Positions 12,201 through 24,200 of a stretch of 64,000 nt of DNA are shown piece after piece. Both the position numbers and the translations under genes were made by a program. How positions within the stretch are numbered: the stretch's first letter is position 1; each line of letters begins with the position of its first letter. A model generated the notes under the pieces. That model saw nothing but the letters and a program-made list of their open reading frames with translations. It searched no databases and had not been told where the DNA came from. Source of the stretch: Sphaerodactylus townsendi (Eukaryota); NCBI RefSeq assembly GCF_021028975.2, contig NC_059427.1:122388001-122452000 (forward strand), read 5' to 3'.

Positions 12201-15200
12201 TCTTCAAGGGCACCTCACCGGCGCCTGTTGCGGGGAGATTGAAAGCAGTTTTGAGGGTCTTTAAAGCTGGGGTCTGAATGAAAACCGTTCGGTCTGAAAT
12301 CCTGGACAGAACCCCAGCACTAGGAAAGCACACAGCCTCTAGTTGTCAGGGGGAAAAGACACGCACACAGAGAACAACTGTGGAATCGGGCATTCAGCCA
12401 TGCGACGACAAGCCCTGCAGGGCAGGCACAGGGTCAGAAATAGAGTTTGAGCACTGTAAAGCAGACCCAGCGTGTCAATTTTGATTCCGGGTGGCGCATC
12501 ATATGTCAAACAGAGCACTTTGGAGATCACTTCGAGGCTGGACTACATAGTATTATAACCTGCCACCCACCCACCCCAAAAAAACACACCTTCCTCAGGC
12601 ATCACCCCAGACTCTCCATGAATTTCCCAGTCAAGATTCTATGCAAATCCCCAAACTCTTTGCAGAAGAAGAAATGTGCTCTAAAAGGAAAATTTTGTTA
12701 TTTTTCGGTCCCTATGTTTTTTGTTTCAACGGTGTGTTCACTAAACCTTGCAATACCAATTTTAGATTTAGATTTTAGTTTTAAGCGTCAGCTATTTTAG
12801 TTTCTGTTTATTCAGGAATGCTGTAAAAACTTTTAGGAATGACAGAGCTATTTGTCCCGGTTCCTGACCATTCAGCGAATAAGAAAACTTGAATGCTTTT
12901 TATAGAAATGTAGGCTGATGACAGGCATCGTCTTTGTTCAGCTGTTAAGGTTTTTAACGCACACAGATCTATGTGTATCAAGAGGAAGGCCTGAGTGGCC
13001 GGCAGATAAGCAGATGGTATTTTGGAGTGGGTGCAGACTGTCTGAATTCACTTTGTAATGAGACTTCTGTGTAGTAAAATGGTTAAACTCTTCACAGCAG
13101 GATAGTGCCCAGATGGGTAATATTCTAAGATAGAAATTCTAAGATACACTGGGTGTCCTTTTTAAAATTTGGGAGGGGGGGGGTGTTTACAGGGTATGAC
13201 AATAGTTAACAGGTTCTGGAAAGATTAAGGGGAAGTGGTGATAAGGCCTTGTCCTAACCAGACCAGGGGTTTTCTAAACAGATGATGCTGAAGGGGCATT
13301 AAAACCCTCCCTGATAGAAATGCGCTTTCCTTGCTTTAATAATCTTAGTCCAGAGCACATGGACGGCTTTATAACATGAACGAAATTGTACTTTAGCAGA
13401 CTAGGAACAAAATGGGAGTGTTTAAGATATCCCAATTTAAGACAAAAATACTATTTTGATTATAAAGCGGCTAGCTCAAAAAACAAGAGTGAAAAGGGTA
13501 GGGAGATGGAACTGAGGGACTTACATGGAGATAACTATTTTGGCTAGGAGTAAACTTTCTCTAGAGCAGGCAACCTATAATGAGTTTCTATTTAATTTAA
13601 AAAAGAGTAATTAATATCACTGCGACCTAAGCAACATTTCATTTTCAGCAGCAAAAACTCTTTTCTAACTTGCACAGAAGGGCCAAACAACGCAGACAGC
13701 ATTTTTAAAACGTTTTTTGTAACTCTTTGGAGAAGTTTGGAAAACACAAAATCATAAAAACTGAAATACTTTTTTTTTCAACCAGGTGGAGGCAAACCCT
13801 TATAGGGCAAGAAGTAAAATAAACCAGGAGATGTTGTAACATGTAAAGCTGGCAAAATCTCTGAGATTCTGACCTCAATTACACACCCACCCTTTGGCTA
13901 CCAGGTTTCTCAAAAAGACCATTACATACGATCCCAATTATCACAATGTACAAGAAATAAAAAACATACAATACAGCGCTGAAAACAGTTCCGTTGACTT
14001 TTATTTATTTATGAAAGGGCGACACCTAAGGTTCCTGTTAGCCTTACTCTTACTACCACCATCAGGTATACTGATAGCTCCGTGTTGGGGATTTTTACTG
14101 TTCCCTTCAAAACCGGCTGCACTTTTAGCCTGTTTGGTGAGGCTTGGAAAGGTAAAGGCATTCTGGACCCAAGTGCATAGTCAGGTTACAACAATTGATG
14201 ATCATCAGTTTCCTTTTTTACCTATTATTTATTTACCGAGTCTAGCCTTATCCAACAATGAGATCCCAAGTCATTACGAACATTTATTTTTTATCATGGC
14301 GGTGACGCTTGCTCTGGGTAACCCGCACGCATGTGTGGAAACAGATAAAAGAAGTGCCACCCTTGCCCGCGGAAGGTGGAGAGACAAGGTGCTTTCCCTT
14401 ATATGTGAACTGTATAAGTAAACCTAGACGGATACCTTTTAGAATCATATAAAAATAAATGGGAAGCCACGGACCGAACAAAAAAAAAACATAGGGATCG
14501 AAAAATAACAAAATTTTCCTTTTAAGAGCACATTTCTTCTTCTGCAAAGAGTTTGGGATTTGCATAGAATCTTGACACAAGGAAATTCCATGGAGAGTCT
14601 GGGGTGATGCCTGAGGGAAAGGTGTGTTTTTTTGGGGTGGAGTGGGTGGCAGGTTGAGTTATAATACTCATAGTAGATCCGACCTCGAGAAGTGATCTCC
14701 AAAGTGCTCTGTTTGGACATATGATCGCCTTTTCACCCGAGATCAAAATTGACACGCTGGGTCTCTGCTTTACACAGTGCTCAAACTCTATTTCTACGAC
14801 CCTAACGCCTGCCCTTAAAGTGCCAGGGCTTGTCAGTCGCGATGGCTGAAATGCCCGATTCCACAGTTGTTCTCTGTGATGCTGTCTTTTCCCCCCTGAC
14901 AACCTAGAGGGGCTGCAGTGTGTGCTTTCCTAGTGCTGGGGTTTTGTTCAGGATTTCAGACCGAACGGTTTTCATTCAGACCCCAGCTTTAAAGACCCTC
15001 AAAACTGCTTTCAATCTCCCCGCAACAGGCGCCGGTGAGGTGCCCTTGAAGAATAATGACCGGCTTTGGTCACCTAACATGCTTTCGTGGTAAAATGCAC
15101 AACAAACTCCCTAGGGAATTCAGTAGCGCTGCTACTATCACCCCATCACCATCCTGGGTGCTTACAAGGAAGGGTGGGGAAACAGATCGTGTGGGTATAT

Positions 15201-18200
15201 TCCTTCACAACGCGTGTAACTGTAACTTTAGAATGCTGTGGCCAACTCTGGAGTGCGTTCAATCTGCTTTTGGATTTTGTGGGCTAATGCCATAGCCTGC
15301 TCTGCATAGCAAGGAACCTAGAGGGGGGTATATAAAACTGTAAAAAAATTCACACAAATATCAGCTATGAAATTATAATTAAAAAAACAAACCGATTCCT
15401 ACGTGCAAATGTGCAAATGTGATTTCTAAACCACAAACCACACTGGCTCTCCGCAGTTTCTGGAGTGCCTGCACATTTTCTATTCTTACTGCTTCAAACC
15501 CTCACAGCGCTTGATAATGGCCCTGCACTTTGTATAGTCAATATTTTATTGTAAAGTCAATATTTATCTCCAGAACAATGGTGGGCTTTCTTTTTTAAAA
15601 ATTCTTAACATATGGGAAAATGCATACACTCAGAGACAGAGATGTCTGTGCTCATGATATGTATCCAACAGTATTAAAGGAATGGCAGCCAGGTTTGCAT
15701 GGTTTTATTGGGACAGGTCTACTCTGCAGGATTGGTGCGATGTCGCGTTTCTACTGTGAATGTCAGCTTGAAAACACATGGCCACTTTTCTTTAAAGTGC
15801 AAGCGGGCACAAACGTTCTGTTTTTGCCAAAAGCATATCTGCTAAAGCCTCTGTTACCTCAACTTCAGCTGCAGGCTCATAGCAGAAGCACACATTTGTC
15901 CTACGTTTTTCAACACATTCCACCCCACCACATGGGCACACATGGTTTTTTCAAAGGGGAATTTGGAGGCTCTGGGGAGCTGTCAGTCAGCTTCCTCTAC
16001 GATTTTGGAAAGAGAGATTCTGCTTTGCACTCTGGCTGAAAGGAAGTGAGAAAAGGCTTGGGAGGGAGGGTGGAATCTATTTTTAGCATCTTGCAGGAAA
16101 CACCTCAGAACTTATATTCCCCTATCCCGATGGTTCACATGCCCATTTGATATCATCATTTTATAAAGTGTGTGAGTTAATTTAGCTTCCTGGCAGGAAA
16201 CTTTTCAAAGGAGCAAATGCTCCCCAGTTTACTTAGGGATGTGAGCTATTTTTTAGCTTCTGGCAGGATATGCTGACTAATTGTTTCCCCATCTCCCAAG
16301 GAGGATGCTGTGCTTGGATCTCTGATGCTGGGATCATTGTATCCGTCCTGTGTATTTTGGAAATGCATCCGTTTGACTAGCAAATTTTGAAAAAGGGCAT
16401 GCATTAGCAAAAAAGGCTCACACAGTTTGTGGGAATGAAAGTGTATGCAGGGAACATGCTGTAAAACCATAAGCTGCAAAATCATAGGACTGTCTGAATT
16501 TAAAACACTGGGATGGTAGGGACAGCAGGTGAAAGGCTTTCCAGAGGGGAATGAGAGAGAGAAAGAGGGGTAGGGTTTTGCTTTTCTGTGTTCTCCATGA
16601 GAACACCCGTTTAAAAACGAGGAGAAGTGTAAAAACACAGGGTGCTGTGGGATAAGGAATGGAGTTTGCTTATCTCTGTAAACGGTGTTCTCCACAAAGT
16701 GGGTAATGTAAAACTGGTGAAGTCCCCTTCTCAAACACTGCATTCACTGTACCAGCATCTGGGGAAACTAACATTTTGCTCTCTGATCACTGCCCCAGAC
16801 TACAGCCTCTTGTTAAAACACACAAAACACAAACCAATTTCCACGCACAGCCCAAATAAAATCAAACACACATTTCAAAAGCATGTTATTCACCCCTTTA
16901 ATTCACACCTTTTAATTCACTCCCCTTTAATTAGCCTCAAATGCTCACAGGTTTGGGAATGTGAGCTGTTTTCAGCTCTGGCAGGATGGAAGATGTTGTT
17001 TTCCCATTCCAAAGGAGGAAAGGGGGCGGGACCGGAAGTAGCTGTCAAAGTTGTGAAAAGGGGAAAGCAAAGCTATACACCTATACTACTTAGATATACA
17101 GGCTTCTATTTTCTCACTGGCAATTGTGACTTACAGGGATGCACACATTCCTCATCAGTCCAGCATAATTACAACAGTCCAGCATAATTACAACTCCCTG
17201 ATCTTGAACTCAAAAATCACTAACACAGAACATAATCCTCATTCCGACATGCAAAGAGAAATTGGGTGTTGTGGGGTTTTCCTGGCAACTGGTCCCTCCA
17301 ACTACCTTGACCATATGTACAAGAGAGATCTTTTACTGTGCTAAGAAAAAATTATCTGTGTCAGGAGATACTCTGGTTAGTGTCCAAGATTCATTAGTGT
17401 CCTCTCCAAGATTCATACGCACCAATCCGGGTGGTAACTGATGAAACTGGGGAAGGAGAAGGTTCCATATCAGAAAGAACAGCACTGCCAATGCTTGTCA
17501 TAGTAGAAACATAAGATATGGACTTGCGTAAAAAGCCCCAACTGTTCCCATGCTGTGTGATCCCATCAGACCAGCCACTACAGGGACTTTCCATCCTGCC
17601 GTCCAGAAAGAAGGAAGAAAATGTGATGAAGTTAAAGTTAACCAATATAACAAAAATATTAAGGTATAAAGAAGAAGAGAAGAGTTTGGATTTATATCCC
17701 ACCTTTCTCTCCTGTAAGGAGACTCAAGGTGGCTTACAAGCTCCTTTCCCTTCCTCTCCCCACAGCAGACACCTTGTCAGGTAGGTGGGGCTGAGAGAGT
17801 TCCGAAAAACTGTGGCAAGCCCAAGGTCACCCAGCAGGAATGTAGGAGTGCAGAAACAAATTTGGTTAACCAGATAAGTGTCTGCCACTCAGGTGGAGGA
17901 ATGGGGAATCAAACCCAGTTCCCCAGATTAGAATCCACGTGCTCTTAACTACTACATCGCACTGGCTCCTAGCATAGCAGCCACTTAAGAAATTGGAGAC
18001 CTGCAGTGTCATTCACAGCAGAGTCATGCCATTTTCATACCCAAGAAATCCCTATCTGAAGAAAAAAGGACAACCACTTGGATTTGCATGAGGCCAAAAT
18101 TGCAAGGGTTGGTTCAGAGCCCCTGAGGAGAGGCAGAACATTCAGGATTATTGCCCTAGGTGACATGAACATTTTCTAAACAAACAAACAAGTCAAAACA

Positions 18201-21200
18201 ATAGCTCTCTTTATTATATTACAACTAATTAAGAGATAAATTAATCCTTGTAAAATCTAAAATAATGAAAAGACACAGTTAATAGGCTTGAACAGATTAT
18301 GCATTTGTTCTTCCTATTCAGGTGTCTTTTTGAGCGATCTCAACCACAAAAGATCTACCTACATACCCATCATAGGCAATCTCTGTCTCAGCTTCTGGTG
18401 AAAACCTTCCGCTGTCAGATGTGACACAGTTAGAGATGTTCTCCTGAGGTTTTGTTTGGCCAGAATTGATAAAAATTCTCTCTGTGGATAAGAAAAGCAG
18501 GAGTTATACACTGAGACCAAGTCTTGTAGTATCTATGGCAATGGAAATATCAACAAGCAGAAATGAAAAGGCAGATGGAAAAATGGTAGCAAAGCCCTAG
18601 AAATGAAACCTGATTATTACAACTGTTCACCTAAATGGTGGCTGATTTTTACATTGCACCTGTGGTGACTCATTCATGCTCATGGCAAACAAACTGTATA
18701 ACTCACTTTCATTCAAAGAGTTTAATATTTTTCCACTCCTCCATCATTTTGCCTCTGATGGAAATATTATAGCATGCCATCTCAGTAATAGTCCATTAAT
18801 CTGGGCTCAGCATTTTATTCCACCAGTATTCCCATTCCTTTAAAAATCAGACTGTCAGCCAATCAATACATTTTTAAATGTATGAATTGTCTGCTTTATC
18901 TGCTTAAGTAATTTCAAACAAAATGGTAAATTACCCAAACCTTACTTTATGTATTTTGTGGTACACAATATAGCTTACAATTAATTAAGAAAAGGTACTG
19001 ATTATTAAAAAGACCATCGGTTTTAGTTTTCAGAATCAAATTAGCCTCAAACTAATGTGCCCTTAATCAAAAATTGTCCTCACCAATTCAAACTGTGCCT
19101 GGATTAATCCATTAAAGTTATTATTGATTTGTCTACCAACTAAATTTCAGAGTTCTACTTTTGATCAGTTCCCTACCATTGCCAAACTCGTAACAGTAAA
19201 CTGAAAACGTGAAAACTTGTGAGATAAATATTGAGTACTGGAGTAAAAAAAATGATTTGGGTTACCCGAGTGATGGACGCAGCTGGACCTCCTACTGTCC
19301 TCAGAACCTTCTAAGGAAAATGACAATGGGTCATCATCACAGCTGGAGAAGGACTCCATTCCCAGCTTTACCAAAGCCCTCTTCCTCTTGAGGATCCTAC
19401 TCTGATTTTTCAAAGAATCAGAGTTCCAAAAGTCAGGGGTATCAAAGATGTTGTCACATGAAGGCCATTGTTTGACAATCCTACAGATGTTTAAAAATGA
19501 TACATTCATGAGGTCTGTCCTCTGGCATGAGACAAGCTCCCACAGTTTGCTCTGGTAGGAAGAACCAGTATGATAACGCCACTACATTGCTAGGTTTAAA
19601 TTTGGGAAAGCCAGATTAAAATCTCCATTCAACTCAGTGAATTGTTCTGAGCAACTCCCAGCCTCCCCTGCTTCACAGACTTGTCATGATCTTAGAGATT
19701 TAACACACTACTTTGAACACCTTGGAGAAACTGCAAGATACAAATGCAGCAGATATGTAGCACTGAATCACCATGTAAGAGTACTTTGAGTAGGCTTCAT
19801 GTTCTCTAGTAAGCAGTGGAGATACAGATGGAAAAGCTAAAGAGTATCTTTGAATTTATCGGATTTGGCCTTAGAAATTGCATCAGCAGCCTGGGTACAG
19901 TCCAAAAGCAAGCCATGTGAGTGGTTTCGAATAATTTTAACCATCACAGGAAACCTTTCTGAAGGGTACAGGACTGTTCATCAATTAGCCTAACTCCATT
20001 TCATTGTCCGCTGTCTGACCTTAGAGAAGAAAATAGGAAGCGTGTCTGCTTATTTGCTTGAGGAAAGTCCCCAACATGTAAAATATAGCTTGCTTGAGAA
20101 AAACTCCCAACATGCACAGAGCTACCGGAAAGAGTAATACAGTGAGAACCAATCAAGATATGACAAACACCCTTCAGATGCAAATTGCCTTTTTTTGGAG
20201 CGGTTCATTTATGTGTATAAAAATAGGTGCTCTGCATAGCAGCAGTTGAGAAACAGTCTTTGAGCACAAGTTCCTGTTTCTCTGATGGCTTTAATAAACT
20301 TTACCTTCTGCCAGCATTGGTGGTCCTTTTTTCCAACATTCCTTTCTTTCTTCTTTATACTATCATGGTTCAAACTGCCCTAACTCATTTGGGAGGTGCT
20401 GCATACAAGTTAGTGTGACAAATGATCTAGTTTGGAAGGTGCTATCCAACTAAACTCAGAATATAATAGTTCCTCATCCTAACTTTTTTTCATATGAATT
20501 ATTCCATTCACTACAACTGTGCTTAGGATGTTGCATTTTAATGCTGCTAATGCTGCATTTTAAATAAAGCTGGTATCAAAGCATCTCTTTTTCCCCATGC
20601 TTTGATATCATGTACATGTGAATCATCCAAGTTTACAAGGAATTAATCTCTATGGCCCTCCTTTCTGTTGAAATCTCTCTAAAGTTGTTTGCCCTTTAAA
20701 TAAAGGATTATTATCAGATAAGTTGGTAGAAGTCTTCTCCTTTTTGGCTCTCTTTCACCTGTCTTTTCTCACTCCCTTAAGGTTCTTCTTGTTGGAAGCT
20801 GGACTTTCATTCATGGGGGACTCCTGTAAAGAGAAAAAGAAGACAGATGAAAAGGGTTTGTTGCAAATACCTCATAAAGTCAGAGGGCTCCCCTTCCGCT
20901 CCCTCCCTTGCATGCCACCCCTCACTCACTCCCCTTCCCTTGCATGCCACCCCTCCCTCCCTTCTCCCTCCCTCCACTAGGTTGGGTGGGCCAGGGCCAG
21001 ATGCCGGGGCCCCTCCCCTTCCCTCCCTTGCATGCCACCCCTCCCTCCCCTCTCCCTCCCTCTGCTAGGGTGGGCGACCTCCCCCACCATGAACAAACAA
21101 AGATTTTTTTGCACCAGGTCATCTCTTGTGGTTTGTAGGATCCCAGTCATATAAATGTTAACCTGGAAGGAACTAAGTGTTACAGTGGATGGGTTTATAA

Positions 21201-24200
21201 CAGGGGACTGGGCTCCCTTATTTTTAATATGTGTAGAAGACAGAACTTAGATAAAAATGGCTTTTCTTCATGCTCCAGCTCTGTGACAGAAGTTGTTGCA
21301 CCTGCTGAACCTGTTTCTACACCACAACTCTTCAAAATTTAGGTGGCTGAATTAGCCTCAACAAAGAATAGCATTCTATAGAAAAAATACATACTTTCAA
21401 AAATAGAAGATGCCTTTGGATGTGATCAGATGTGGAATAACAAAGCTGGAGATGGCAACAGAAAACTGGTACAGTGCAGTCATTAAAAGATAAGCCAGGA
21501 ATTGCCTCATTAAAAATTCACCTTATCAGGAATTCACTGGGTAAGCCATTATCATCTGAACTCAAGCCCTTTATTTGCAATTCAGAGTTAAAACTAGTGC
21601 TCTACCATATAGGATTATTGCAAGATCAGCTGTTGACTGCAGCCTTGATGTAGTGAATTGTTTCGGCATTATCAAGGATATTTATACTTTCTTTTCACCG
21701 TCCACAAAGAAATGGGCAGTTTTAAAATCATTTTTGCAACCTCAGTCAAAAGTGCGTAAATATTTGTCAGACACTAAAGCCACAGAAGTGGGTTTGGAAA
21801 GTCACAGTGCTCAAAAGAATTAAAAATGAATTGTAAAGGCCGCATGTCTCAAGAGAGGTTGTCTGCACTGAGCATTCAGTGCATTGGAAGGGATAAATTT
21901 AGACAAACACATTTTGATGAACTTTTGGGTAATTTTGATATGAGGAAGGCTAGAAAAAAACTTTTTTTTGGTCTTAGTGTCTCCAATTATTGCAGTTTAT
22001 TTCTGAATATATATTTCAAAAACCAACTGTTTAATTACTGTTGTTATCAGTAGTCATGATCATCCTATTAACACTTCCCAGGCAATAAAATTTGTAAGCT
22101 CAATGGTTTTTTAACAGTAAACCTACAATTTTATTTTCCTTAAAAATTCTGTTTATTCCACAAATGTTTACAAAGTTCAGTTGTGGCAAAAGTTTCTCAG
22201 TGTTAATTTTAACATTCATGCATTTTCCCGCAGTCACTGTAATGTTTAATAATAACATATCCATCCTTTAGAGCAGTGTTTCCCAACCTTTTTGACGTCA
22301 CGGTACCCTTGACTTCACTCTTCATATCTCACGGTACCCTTGATGAAAACACCCATTTTAAAAAAATTGATTTACTTCAATGATTAGTTACCTGAGAGAC
22401 ATAATAGTTTTATGCTGTTAAGTGTCTGTTTATTCATTCATTAATGATGTGAAAATGAACATAATTTAAACTAATTACATTAAGACAATAGTGCGCTCCC
22501 TCTGCCATCGCCACCAAGCCGTAAAGCGAGCTGCCGTGACAACCAGCAAAAGGGGCATTGCAAAGGGACAGGGCGGTAGCGTTGTCGCGGTACCCCTGGA
22601 AAGTGTTCACGGTACCCTGGTTGGGAATCGCTGCTTTAGAGGAAGAATTGTGAATTGTGGAATTTTAAATACCCACCATCATCCTCAGCTTCACTTAGCT
22701 TTAAAACACTCTTCCATCTTCCTCTGCTTGTGACAGTGGGGGCCTGGGAGGGGGGCCTCACAAATAAAGGCCTAGGGCCTCTATTCACCTAAATCCAGCC
22801 CCAGCATGAGGAGGGAAAGGAACAGATGAAAGCTAAAAGTATGCCCTCTCCCATGCTGAGGAAATTCTTTTGTTATCCTCAGCAAGCTCACAGAACAGTT
22901 TTACTCACGCTGCTGACAGAACACATATCCACAATGGACTCCATTCTCCCAGGGACAGATAAGAAAGAGATGCTGCCCATGTTAGAATAGTTCAGAGACA
23001 CTTCCATCTCTACAGTTTGAGTGTCCTCAGCAGGTGGGTCAGGGTCTTCTATTATGACCTGGAGGAAACAAGGGACATGTTCACATTATCTTCCCTTCCC
23101 ATTCAAGTGCTCAAAAGGGTTCTTTTAACTCAGCTAGTCTCAGATGCAAACATCAGTATCTCAATGAGCATTTTATTCCTTCAGAAGAGTTGACCAGCTC
23201 CCTAGGCATTTTACAGTTACAGGACAGATCAAGGAATTAAGTTACAAAGTAATTTAAGAAGTAAATCCACATCAGTACAAATGTTATGCCGAACCTGTTC
23301 CCAGTGATCTAATATAGTTTGGCTGTTTTGGAATTCTGCTACATCTATAGGTTTGCTTGTTGGATTGATTATTGCATTTGTTCTGTTATTACACTAAGTG
23401 GTTTTGTCAATTTCTGGGGTGTCTCATGCTTGATTGCTACTTTGAATGATAAGAGGACATTTCTCCCTTGAATTTGTGGTTGACAGCAGATTGCATTGGA
23501 TGAGAACTGTACCTTACTGTAGGTTTTCCTGAAGAAGAAGATGAATAGTAGTTGTATTGGGTAAACAACTACAGCCACAGTTACTCCAACAGCAATACTC
23601 TCTGCTGTTACAGACGTCTGCCTCCCCAAGGGATTGCTGTAAGAAAAAAAAATAATAGATCAGCCATTTAGTAACTAACTGAAAACCAAGAATTGGGATC
23701 AAACAATTCTTGAGGCTAGGAATTTGTGATTCTTGATGTGATATTTGTCCTGAAAAGCATAACCATATGGAGGCCAGGTATGGATTGAGCCTGTGGCACT
23801 TAGAAGAAGGGGGTAAACTCTCCCCACCACTACCTGTGCCATTCCCCAACAAAAACTGGCCCCCAAACTGCTTTTAGATCTAATAATGGGAGTGGTGGGA
23901 TTTGGATTTGGACCAGATTCAAATCAATGCGCTCAGATTGGCCAAATTCCAAACCTTGCAGATTCGAACTGCCCCGAACCTGTGGGAAAATCTGAGAATT
24001 TCGGATGCGTTTTTATTTTGGGGGTGTTTTTTCACATTTCAGCCTGCAGGGGGCGTATTTTTAGACGTATTGGCACCGAAATTTCAGGGTATCATCAGGA
24101 GACGGTACTGATGACACCCCCCAAGTTTGGTGCAGTTTGGTTCAGGAGGGGGCAAAGTTATGGACCCCCAAAAGGCGTGCCCCTATCCCCCATTCTTTCC

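Larger units (their letters stand above)
10273..17097. mobile_element. 6.8-kb fold-back element with ~2.5-kb terminal inverted repeats (Maverick/Polinton-like, non-autonomous?)
   Basis: 10273-12725 is the reverse complement of 14477-17097; AGTAGT at 10280, ACTACT ending 17090; unique 1.75-kb spacer; no intact pPolB or integrase ORF visible. Confidence 0.65.

Noticed and set aside
10069-17187. Paired ORFs 10069-10653(-), 16642-17187(+), 10596-11153(+) and others as duplicated genes
   Set aside because: They are chance frames within the inverted arms, run across element boundaries and show no recognisable domain.
19975-20338. Solo LTR (TATA, AATAAA, ...CA end); similar at ~52210-52423
   Set aside because: No confident TG start or TSD could be identified.
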